Counted from the stretch's first letter, positions 39,623 through 47,589 are shown. The stretch: DNA of 57,547 nt from Minisyncoccota bacterium (GCA_028690055.1 JAQVBZ010000007.1:1-57547), one strand, 5' to 3'. A program made the numbers and translations. Notes: generated from the sequence alone by a model not told the origin.

Positions 39623-40570
39623 ATGAATAAAGTCACCAAAACCATCCACATCACCGCTAACAACCACGGTCAGCGCCTCGATAAATTCTTGGCTGATTTC
39701 GATTTGGAAAAATCCCGCGCGGCTTGGCAGAAGCTTATCAAGAGCGGAAAGGTTTTAGTAAATGATAACGCGACTGAGGCAAACTATTCGATCAAGACTG
39801 CTGACAAAATTGAAATTTTAAAAGAAGACCTACCGGTAGAAAGAGCAATGTCCGTTCCCGACATTAAAATCATCTACGAAGACGAGAACGTAATCGTGAT
39901 AGATAAGCCCATCGGCGTGGTGGCGCAAAGAACAGAAACAAGCGATGCGCCTGCGGTCACTGATTTTTTGGAAAATCATTTTCCTGCAATCAAAAAAGTA
40001 GGAGAGGACGAACAGCGCAGCGGCATAGTGCATCGCCTCGACAAGGACACTTCCGGAATTATGATTGCCGCCAAAAATCAGGAAGCGTTTGAATTCCTGA
40101 AAGACAGATTCAAGAAGAGGGAAGTGCAAAAACTTTATACTGCACTGGTTTACGGCAAAGTCGAACCCGAAAAAGGGGAGATAGATTTTGCCATCGGCCG
40201 CAATCCCAAATCACCGTGCAAACAGACTATCGTCAGAAATCCCGATACTTCCACCGTCAAATGCCGAGTGGCGCGTACGCTCTATCGGACGATTAAAAGC
40301 TCCGAAGATTATTCTCTGCTTGAAGTCGAGCTCAAAACCGGCCGGATGCACCAGATTCGGGTACATATGAAAGCCATCGGACATCCCGTCGTAGGCGACC
40401 CCAAATATGCCACACCGAAGCTCCTTCAAAGCACCCCGGGGCTCAAAAGACAGTTTTTACACGCCAGCGAGCTTAAAATCACGCTTCCCGACGGCAAAAA
40501 GGGTATATTTCACTCAGAACTGCCAAACGACCTACGATCCTTCCTCAAAAAACATTCTGACCTTGACTAA
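39623..40570 (+). CDS. rluD: RluA-family pseudouridine synthase with S4 domain (RluD-like)
   Basis: RLDKFL S4 domain, VHRLDKDTSG, KTGRMHQIRVH, GHPVVGDPKY. Confidence 0.92.
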   Translation: MNKVTKTIHITANNHGQRLDKFLADFDLEKSRAAWQKLIKSGKVLVNDNATEANYSIKTADKIEILKEDLPVERAMSVPDIKIIYEDENVIVIDKPIGVVAQRTETSDAPAVTDFLENHFPAIKKVGEDEQRSGIVHRLDKDTSGIMIAAKNQEAFEFLKDRFKKREVQKLYTALVYGKVEPEKGEIDFAIGRNPKSPCKQTIVRNPDTSTVKCRVARTLYRTIKSSEDYSLLEVELKTGRMHQIRVHMKAIGHPVVGDPKYATPKLLQSTPGLKRQFLHASELKITLPDGKKGIFHSELPNDLRSFLKKHSDLD

Positions 40571-40591
40571 ACGTTTTTTTTACATTACTAT
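40563..40591 (+). promoter_or_regulatory. sigma70 promoter whose predicted +1 coincides with a long hairpin
   Basis: TTGACT-N17-TACTAT, +1 about 40598. Confidence 0.6.
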
Positions 40592-40597
40592 GAAGTA

Positions 40598-40767
40598 GTC
40601 TAAGAGCTTACTCAAGACCTTTCTTTCGTTGCGAAAACTTCAAATTTTGTGCGAAAAACCTGAAAGTTGAGAAAGGCTATAATAATAACCTGACGAGACT
40701 TGAAGATTTTGCAGCCAAAATTTGGAGTTTGCAGCAGAAAACGAAGGTCTTGAGTAAGCTCTGAGAC
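40598..40767 (+). ncRNA. Candidate ~170-nt rod-shaped RNA or leader (or MITE) upstream of rplS
   Basis: 19-bp perfect inverted repeat 40603..40621 / 40744..40762 plus internal stems with G-U pairs. Confidence 0.45.
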
Positions 40768-40811
40768 ATTTCTTTTATATTGTTTGAAATTAACTAAGAT
40801 AAAATACGAAA

Positions 40812-41375
40812 ATGGCAATCAGATTAATTGACTTCAACCACACCGGAACCAAGGAGGATCTGCCGGAAATCAAACCGGGACACGTGGTAAAAGTCCACCA
40901 GAAGATTACAGAAACAAAAGTAACTGGGAAGAAGCAGGAAACCAAAGAAAGAATCCAGATTTTCGAAGGTTTGGTCATCGGTGTTAAAGGCGGAAACAAC
41001 ATCACTGCTACTATTACCGTGCGCAAGATTTCCGGAAACATCGGAGTAGAAAGAATTTTTCCACTGAACTCTCCTTCCATCGCCAAGATCGAGATTTCCA
41101 AGATCACCAAGGCTCGTCGCGCCAAACTGAACTATATGCGTGACCGTATCGGAAAAGCCACTAAACCAAAAGGAGAATTGGCCACCGAGGAAGACAACAA
41201 GCCAAAAGTGAAAAAAGGTATTGAAGCGAAAGTTGAAGAAGTGAAAGAAGTACTTATAGAAGAAACTCCGGTTGAAGTAGTAGTCGAAGAAACAGTTGCG
41301 ACCGCAGAAGAGGTAAAAACCGAAGAAGTAAAAGCGGAAGAAACCGTCGCAAAAGCTCCGGAAGAGAAGAAGTAA
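40812..41375 (+). CDS. rplS: 50S ribosomal protein L19 with acidic C-terminal tail
   Basis: PEIKPGHVVKVH, RIQIFEGLVI, TITVRKISGNIGVERIFPLNSP, RRAKLNYMR. Confidence 0.97.
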   Translation: MAIRLIDFNHTGTKEDLPEIKPGHVVKVHQKITETKVTGKKQETKERIQIFEGLVIGVKGGNNITATITVRKISGNIGVERIFPLNSPSIAKIEISKITKARRAKLNYMRDRIGKATKPKGELATEEDNKPKVKKGIEAKVEEVKEVLIEETPVEVVVEETVATAEEVKTEEVKAEETVAKAPEEKK

Positions 41376-41494
41376 TCTAACGGTTGTTTACAAAACTTAT
41401 TTTTACAGATAAAATTAGTTAGTGATATTACGGTTATCTTAATTTATAGCTCCCTGCTCCGAGCCTTTCACCACCGGGAGCCATAAGTTAGTTC

Positions 41495-41577
41495 GTCGGA
41501 GTGGCGGAATTGGTATACGCAACAGGTTGAGGGCCTGTGCTCGCAAGAGCGTGAGGGTTCAAGTCCCTCCTTCGACA
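41495..41577 (+). tRNA. tRNA-Leu(GAG)
   Basis: ACAGG-TTGAGGG-CCTGT anticodon arm, long variable arm. Confidence 0.95.
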
Positions 41578-41627
41578 CAGACACGACGGACAATAATTCC
41601 TACCTTATAGCTTCGGCTATGAGATTA

Positions 41628-41701
41628 GGGCGCTTAGCTCAGTTGGCTAGAGCATCTCGTTTACACCGAGAGGGTCGGGGGTCCGAATCCCTCAGCGCCC
41701 A
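41628..41701 (+). tRNA. tRNA-Val(TAC), with atypical T-loop TCCGAAT
   Basis: GGGCGCT/AGCGCCC acceptor, TCTCG-TTTACAC-CGAGA anticodon arm. Confidence 0.92.
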
Positions 41702-41760
41702 CAAAGAAGATAGATTAAAATAGAAAAAAGCTGTCTAATTTAATATATATTAGAAGGCAA

Positions 41761-41808
41761 GGGATGATGAGTTTATGCCCCAGAGGGGTAAATCCCTCAG
41801 CGCCCACA
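41761..41808 (+). repeat. 30-bp cassette plus duplicated 18-bp 3' end of tRNA-Val(TAC)
   Basis: GGGATGATGAGTTTATGCCCCAGAGGGGTA then AATCCCTCAGCGCCCACA (identical to 41686..41703). Confidence 0.92.
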
Positions 41809-41817
41809 CATATCCAT

Positions 41818-41955
41818 TGTCATTTCGAACGCAGCGATAGCGAAGTGAGAAATCTGGGAAAGATGCTATGCTGGATAATTAGCTTTGTTAAAAAACATTA
41901 TCAATAGCATCGTACCTTTCTCAGATCTCTCAGTCGTGCCTCCTTCGAGATGACA
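41818..41955. repeat. TGTCAT-tagged palindrome, copy e
   Basis: tgtcatttcgaacgcagcgatagcgaagtgagaaatct...agatctctcagtcgtgcctccttcgagatgaca. Confidence 0.88.
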
Positions 41956-41973
41956 TATGTTACAATCATTTTT

Positions 41974-42046
41974 GCCGGGGTAGCTCAGTTGGTAGAGCAA
42001 AGGATTGAAAATCCTTGTGTCGGCGGTTCGAGCCCGCCTCCTGGCA
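41974..42046 (+). tRNA. tRNA-Phe(GAA)
   Basis: AAGGA-TTGAAAA-TCCTT anticodon arm, GTTCGAGC T-loop. Confidence 0.96.
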
Positions 42047-42370
42047 CTTATTAATGAAGCTCCATTTTATGGAGTTTTATTGTGTCTTTATAAATAAAGA
42101 AATTGATATATTGACATCTATTACTTCGTAGACTACAAGACAAAGTCAAATCTACAAGGAGGTGACAAAAATAGAGATAAAAAGAGTAAGACCAATAAAG
42201 CCACTTAAACCTCAGGCAACAAAGCCCGAGGATGGTCCCAAAAACGTATCAAAGAAGTATGCCAGCAGAGCATCAATCGCTGGCATACAATCTTTTTCCA
42301 AACATCACATTTTATACCAAGTTAAACAAATCTGTTCTACAATCCAATCATATAGCATTTGAAATTTCTT

Positions 42371-42404
42371 CCTCTCCCATCGAGAGAGGGTCGAGATGGG
42401 GGGG
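42371..42404. repeat. CCCTCTCCC/GGGAGAGGG-type palindromic repeat
   Basis: cctctcccatcgagagagggtcgagatggggggg; reverse-complement relative of 53027..53062 including the flanking GGGGAATAAA. Confidence 0.65.
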
Positions 42405-42456
42405 AATAAAAGTGAAATCATCATTGCACAGATTAAGTTAATCTGGGATTACATAT

Positions 42457-42489
42457 AAAAAACATCAACTCACCCGAGTTGATGTTTTT
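42457..42489. terminator. Bidirectional terminator
   Basis: AAAAACATCAACTC-N5-GAGTTGATGTTTTT. Confidence 0.8.
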
Positions 42490-42498
42490 GTTTTAGAG

Positions 42499-43482
42499 CT
42501 ATTGCTTTTTCACCTCAAAATATTTCACCATCTGCAAAATCGGCATTTTCTTTCCATTGGGAAAAACATAGTCCTCTCCTTTGCACAAGAACTCAAAACC
42601 GAATTTCCGATAGAACTCGATAGCATCCGAATTATAGGTTGCCACCCCCAGCTTTATTTTCTTTTCCTCTCCTAACCAAGACAGTGCTTTTTCCATAAGC
42701 CTTTTGCCGATTCCCATCCGCTGATATGAAGGCAAAAGATAAAGCGACCCTATCTTATTATATCCGTCTTTTCTTTCCACCCAGCACATACCCACAATCC
42801 GCCCGCCGTTCTTCGCCGTCCAAATATGTTCAGTCGTGCTTTTACCCCTAACGCTTTTTTGCATAAAATCCAACCTCTGTGCATTATGAATTTTTCGACT
42901 CTGGATGTCCTCCACGGTAATCCCATGCTCTTTGTTCGTATAAGTCGACACCCATACCTCGTCCTTGAGACTGAGAACATTTTCCATATCTTCCAACGTA
43001 GCATCTGCCACGATCACGCTCTCCGCCTTGCGCTTTTGAAAGTCTTTTATCTTTTCCAGATGATTACGATCTTTCTCACGACCGTATTCTTTTACCATCA
43101 ACTCCTTCCATTCCCGCACCGTGTTCAAGCTCGCAAATTTGAATCCTCCTACTTCAAAAGAGTCTCTGAAAATTTTATCATAAATGTCCTCCCGCCCGGG
43201 CCAAGCCGGACCGATATCGACATTGATTCCCTGAATCAAAATCTTATAAAGTTTCTGATTAGGTTCATCGTGGAAATAAACCTCTTGCATCTCTTCAGAA
43301 GAAACAAAATCATCTCCCACCGCGATATCTATATCGTTCAGATTTTCAATTCTTTCAAAATCCAGCACCCCCAAAAGATAAAGCGGCGTCGAACCGAAAA
43401 CTACAAAATCACAATTGATCTTTTGTTTGAGCTCCGAAAGTACCGGCGATAAGCACTCCCAAAATTTCTGATTGATTTGCAT
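42499..43482 (-). CDS. Nucleotidyltransferase-like domain fused to a GNAT acetyltransferase
   Basis: N-half FGS...DIDI...REKD; C-half LYLLPSYQRMGIGKRLM, NSDAIEFYRKFGF. Confidence 0.8.
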   Translation of the reverse strand: MQINQKFWECLSPVLSELKQKINCDFVVFGSTPLYLLGVLDFERIENLNDIDIAVGDDFVSSEEMQEVYFHDEPNQKLYKILIQGINVDIGPAWPGREDIYDKIFRDSFEVGGFKFASLNTVREWKELMVKEYGREKDRNHLEKIKDFQKRKAESVIVADATLEDMENVLSLKDEVWVSTYTNKEHGITVEDIQSRKIHNAQRLDFMQKSVRGKSTTEHIWTAKNGGRIVGMCWVERKDGYNKIGSLYLLPSYQRMGIGKRLMEKALSWLGEEKKIKLGVATYNSDAIEFYRKFGFEFLCKGEDYVFPNGKKMPILQMVKYFEVKKQ

Positions 43483-43643
43483 GACCTTAAGTTAAGAATA
43501 ATTCATCTCTCCTTTCGTTCTAATTCTATAATAAGCGGGTACTCTTGTCTAATAGACTAAAATTCCTTGTGACCTTTGACCTTTTCTATAATAAAAGTAT
43601 ACTATCTATATTAACCTTAACTAATTTAAAAAAATAGATTACC

Positions 43644-44330
43644 ATGGATGAAATTACAAACGAAAGGAGTGTGCCCGTAGCAACGGTTGTCGGTATTACA
43701 ATTCTTACCGCCATCATTTTTGGCGCTGGTGCTTACCTGTATGTCAACAACAGTGCAACAGAAGAGAAAGATACTCTCAATGCTCAAATCGCTACACTAC
43801 AGAATGAAGTTTTAAGTGCAAAAAAAGCAGCGACTATAACGTCTGACTCTTCAGTGCCCGCCACTAATGCGGATGACGAAGTGACTTCTACCGAAAAATC
43901 ATCCGTTCCTGCAGACTGGAAAACTTATAAGAATACAAAATATGAATACTCTTTAGATTATCCAAATAATTCCAAATTACTGGCTCGCGATGAAAATTTA
44001 AATAACACTACAATTAATCCTGCAGTAGCAGAAATTATCATAAGTAATGATGAATCCGGCTTTATATTTAGTGCAACTTCTAAAAATATTCAGTTTACTA
44101 CGGATGAAATAAAAAGTTCATTTCCTGAAACTGATCCAAGCAATATCACTTTAACGCCCACAACAATAGCCGGAAATCCCGCATATCAAGTTAAATATGA
44201 CACCGCAAGCGATGGAATCTCTGACCTTTATTTTGTCAAAAACCCTTCAGGAGTAGTATTGCGACTTATGATTGCCCGTAACGATAGCGCTGCACAAAAA
44301 ATATTATCTTCTTTCGCATTTGAAGAATAA
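43644..44330 (+). CDS. Membrane-anchored exported protein with PsbP-like domain
   Basis: N-terminal TM, coiled coil, Ser/Thr linker, WKTYKNTKYEYSLDYP, C-terminal KILSSFAF. Confidence 0.75.
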   Translation: MDEITNERSVPVATVVGITILTAIIFGAGAYLYVNNSATEEKDTLNAQIATLQNEVLSAKKAATITSDSSVPATNADDEVTSTEKSSVPADWKTYKNTKYEYSLDYPNNSKLLARDENLNNTTINPAVAEIIISNDESGFIFSATSKNIQFTTDEIKSSFPETDPSNITLTPTTIAGNPAYQVKYDTASDGISDLYFVKNPSGVVLRLMIARNDSAAQKILSSFAFEE

Positions 44331-44430
44331 AATCCTGCAATTGTATTAACTTCACATAGAAGGATAATTTGCCCACTTGTTAGTTGATTGATTATATGAT
44401 ATTAACCTAAAACTTTGTCTGAAATAATAT

Positions 44431-44463
44431 AAAATACCGACCCCCGAAAGGGCCGGTATTTTT
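44431..44463. terminator. Bidirectional terminator between the PsbP-like gene and tRNA-Gly
   Basis: AAAATACCG-accccc-gaaa-gggc-CGGTATTTT. Confidence 0.75.
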
Positions 44464-44471
44464 TATATCTG

Positions 44472-44545
44472 AGCGGATGACCGGGTTCGAACCGGCGACC
44501 TTCTCCTTGGCAAGGAGATGTTCTAGCCAACTGAACTACATCCGC
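44472..44545 (-). tRNA. tRNA-Gly(GCC)
   Basis: TCTCC-TTGCCAA-GGAGA anticodon arm; promoter TTGCCA-N16-TAGAAT at 44560..44587. Confidence 0.96.
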
Positions 44546-44580
44546 TTATTTACTTAGATATTCTAGCATATAAAAGCCAT

Positions 44581-45192
44581 TTGGCAAGAGGCGGAAAAGA
44601 ACAAAGGTTGACTTTACCGCACCGTTATGTAAAATCAGGACAAGGAATAAAAAGAGGCGATACTATAAGTATTTTCAATCTTTATAATGCAGGATTAGAC
44701 AAGTATTTTGACATCGATTATAATGGCTCACAAGCCGTAAAGGAACTCAGGAAAGCCCCGAAAACGGTCTGCGTCATAATCATAAGCGGGAATGAAGACA
44801 TCATTACCGAAAAATGGTCTCTGTGTGAATGTCTGAGTGATAAAAATGACTACGACAAGCCGGATTGCGGCAAAGACCGATTCGATACGCACAGAGAAAA
44901 CTTCAAAGTCCAAGAGATAATAGTCCCGCAAGTCCTGCGTTTCTTAAGAAACGATATAAAAAAGATGGAGGAGTTCCTTAATATTCTCATGGCAGGCAAT
45001 CCCGCGAAATATGTTTTTTTAGTGCTTTATCTGAATATCAACGATAAAGCCCTGGCCCACACATCTCCCACATTGGGACTGGCACGTTTTCTCAATAAAA
45101 TAAACGAAATTTTCGGAGAAAAATTGCTTGGATACGAAGTAAATACAGTTCTAAACCCGAGACTGGAAGAAACCAGAGGAAGGTTGATATAA
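44581..45192 (+). CDS. Hypothetical protein (start uncertain)
   Basis: 612-nt open frame with globular composition; the called TTG start overlaps the tRNA-Gly -35 box. Confidence 0.55.
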   Translation: MARGGKEQRLTLPHRYVKSGQGIKRGDTISIFNLYNAGLDKYFDIDYNGSQAVKELRKAPKTVCVIIISGNEDIITEKWSLCECLSDKNDYDKPDCGKDRFDTHRENFKVQEIIVPQVLRFLRNDIKKMEEFLNILMAGNPAKYVFLVLYLNINDKALAHTSPTLGLARFLNKINEIFGEKLLGYEVNTVLNPRLEETRGRLI

Positions 45193-45229
45193 AGATTACA
45201 GAAAGTTTAATTTGGTTAAACTTCTTTTT

Positions 45230-45258
45230 TTGCCTCAAAATCTCGAAAATGCTAAAAT
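45230..45258 (+). promoter_or_regulatory. sigma70 promoter for thyX-glyA
   Basis: TTGCCT-N17-TAAAAT with TG extension. Confidence 0.6.
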
Positions 45259-45290
45259 GAAATGAACTTAAAAACTATCATATATCCACA

Positions 45291-46184
45291 ATGACCATAA
45301 AAATCAAGGAAGTTAAGCCACAAATCTGGAATTTCAAAGTTATGGGAGGGGAAAACGCCTGGAAAGAAGTAGCTTATTCGGCACGAATGAGCGGAGTACC
45401 CCCGCATGTCACGGAAGAGGCTATCTTCAAGATGATACTCCGGAATGATTATACCTCAGCTTTTGAACACATCATTATCAAATTTGATATCAAAATTGCC
45501 AAAAGCATAGCCCCCGAGATACTTGAACACCGCATGTCATCCCATTCCGGTTTCTCCACCCGATATGTTCATCCGAATAAGAGCGCGCTTGAACTCAAAT
45601 TCAAAGAAGAAGACGTCTATGAAATCATCACCCCTTGGCATCTGATAAAAACGGAAAAAATGACCGAGGAGAAAATAGCGCAAAGAAAAATCTTTCTGCG
45701 AAATATCAAGAGCAACCTTAAGGCCTACGAGACTCTTTCAACTTCAGGTCTTCCACGCGAATCCGCCCGTTATATCCTGCCCTTCTGCCAAGCGGTAGGC
45801 ATTTATCACTTCACGATGAATCTGCGCTCACTCCTTAATTTCCTCTCCCTTCGGCTCTGCGTACGGGTCGCACCGGAAATGAGATCTATTGCCAGCCAAC
45901 TATACTTCTTTCTTGAAATCGACCTCCCTGTAATCAAAGGAATGGTCGGTTGCCGCGGCTTTATGAAACGCGCCTGCCCGGAAAGTGATGTTACCGGGGT
46001 GCGAAAAGGGGAGCAACATCCTTTCTATCCGCCATGCCTTTTCAAAACTCCCGAATCAGAGATTTACATCCCAACCCAAAAAGAGCTTGGACAAGGCGGC
46101 ACATTCAAAAAATTCGACCGAGAGAAGGCTATTCAAGCGCAAGAATTCAACTTCAGAAAGTGGGCGGACTGGACCGGAGAATAA
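45291..46184 (+). CDS. thyX: Flavin-dependent thymidylate synthase ThyX (divergent motif)
   Basis: AYSAR, SAFEH, EHRMSSHSGFSTRY, RESARYILP, NLRSLLNFLSLR. Confidence 0.82.
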   Translation: MTIKIKEVKPQIWNFKVMGGENAWKEVAYSARMSGVPPHVTEEAIFKMILRNDYTSAFEHIIIKFDIKIAKSIAPEILEHRMSSHSGFSTRYVHPNKSALELKFKEEDVYEIITPWHLIKTEKMTEEKIAQRKIFLRNIKSNLKAYETLSTSGLPRESARYILPFCQAVGIYHFTMNLRSLLNFLSLRLCVRVAPEMRSIASQLYFFLEIDLPVIKGMVGCRGFMKRACPESDVTGVRKGEQHPFYPPCLFKTPESEIYIPTQKELGQGGTFKKFDREKAIQAQEFNFRKWADWTGE

Positions 46185-46199
46185 ATAGCGTACGACACC

Positions 46200-46326
46200 T
46201 GTCATTCTGAACGGAGCGCAGCGCAGTGAAGAATCCCATTGCTATGCGGGTAAATCATTATATATATCGTATCATTTTTTGTTATCTGCATAGTATCGGG
46301 ATACTTCGGAGTACCTCAGCATGACA
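46200..46326. repeat. TGTCAT-tagged palindrome, copy f
   Basis: tgtcattctgaacggagcgcagcgcagtgaagaatccc...gggatacttcggagtacctcagcatgaca. Confidence 0.9.
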
Positions 46327-46356
46327 ACTACTAACTAATAATTCACTATCATCTAT

Positions 46357-47589
46357 ATGGAAAAAATCATCGAGCTTTTAGAAAAGCACAACGCTTGGAG
46401 AAAACAGTGCATCAATCTCATTGCCTCGGAAAATGTGATGTCTCCCTACTGCGAGCAATACTACGTTTCCGACCTGATGCACCGCTACGCCGAGGGGCTG
46501 CCTTTTCACCGTTATTACCAAGGACTCGAATATGTCGATCAAATCGAAGACATCGCGACTCAGGCCTTCAAGGACCACTTCCACGCGAACTTCGTCGACC
46601 TCCGCCCCATCTCTGGCACGCTGGCCAACCTCGCCATCTTCTCGGCACTGGCAGAAAGAGGAGACACTGTAATGAATCTGGGCATCCAAGGCGGCTCGCA
46701 TGTTTCGCACGAACAAGCGGGGGCAGTCGGAGTTCTGGGATTGAAATCTTACGCCCTCCCTTTCGACGAGGTCAATCTGACACTCGACCTACCCAAGATC
46801 GAAGAAAAAATCCTGGAATTAAAACCTAAATTCATCGTAATGGGAGGGTCGGTCATAACATTTCCGCAACCTATCCGAAAAATACGCGCCATCTGCGATA
46901 AGACCGATACCAAAATCATCTACGATGCCGCCCACGTTTTCGGACTCATCACTGCCGGTAAATTCCAGAATCCGCTGGAAGAGGGGGCCGATATCATTAC
47001 GGCATCTACTCACAAAACTTTTCCCGGACCGCAAGGAGGCATCATCATAGGAAATAATCTAGACGAGAAACTGATAAAGAAAATCCAAAACAAGGTTTTC
47101 CCGGGTGTTCTTTCCAACCACCACCTCCACCGCATCCCGCCACTCTACCTGTCACTGCGAGAGATGCAGGAGTTTGGCGATGCCTACGCCGACCAGATCA
47201 TCAAAAACGCTCAAGCACTGGCTAAAGCACTCGACACAGTCGGATTTGACGTCCTCTACAAAGACCGCGGCTTTACCCAGAGCCATCAAGTTGTAGTCAA
47301 TGTAGAAAAACAAGGAGGAGGAGACCAGATTGCCAAAAAATTGGAGGAAACCAACATTATTCTCAACAAAAATATCATCCCCGGCGACACCGATAATCCT
47401 AATAAACCCAAAGGCCTGCGCATCGGTGTGCAAGAAATGACCCGCTTCGGGATGAAAGAGAAGGAAATGGAGGAAATCGCCCGATTGATCTCCGATGTAG
47501 TCATAAAAAACGAGGAGACAAAAAAAGTGAAAAAGAAGGTGGAAGGACTGAGAGAACGCTTTCAAAAGACCCGATATTGTTTCGAATAG
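46357..47589 (+). CDS. glyA: Serine hydroxymethyltransferase (archaeal-type sequence signatures)
   Basis: INLIASEN, MHRYAEGLP..RYYQG, YDAAHV, ASTHKTFPGPQGG, FPGVLSNHHLH. Confidence 0.96.
   Translation: MEKIIELLEKHNAWRKQCINLIASENVMSPYCEQYYVSDLMHRYAEGLPFHRYYQGLEYVDQIEDIATQAFKDHFHANFVDLRPISGTLANLAIFSALAERGDTVMNLGIQGGSHVSHEQAGAVGVLGLKSYALPFDEVNLTLDLPKIEEKILELKPKFIVMGGSVITFPQPIRKIRAICDKTDTKIIYDAAHVFGLITAGKFQNPLEEGADIITASTHKTFPGPQGGIIIGNNLDEKLIKKIQNKVFPGVLSNHHLHRIPPLYLSLREMQEFGDAYADQIIKNAQALAKALDTVGFDVLYKDRGFTQSHQVVVNVEKQGGGDQIAKKLEETNIILNKNIIPGDTDNPNKPKGLRIGVQEMTRFGMKEKEMEEIARLISDVVIKNEETKKVKKKVEGLRERFQKTRYCFE

Noticed and set aside
42047-44471. Integrated element with att sites between tRNA-Phe and tRNA-Gly
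   Set aside because: Accessory-looking content, but I found no duplicated 3' end of either tRNA and no integrase.
9857-44587. Repeated 16-bp promoter spacers as a novel sigma specificity
   Set aside because: Three of the five are tRNA promoters, where 16-bp spacers are well known, and as many 17-bp promoters are present.
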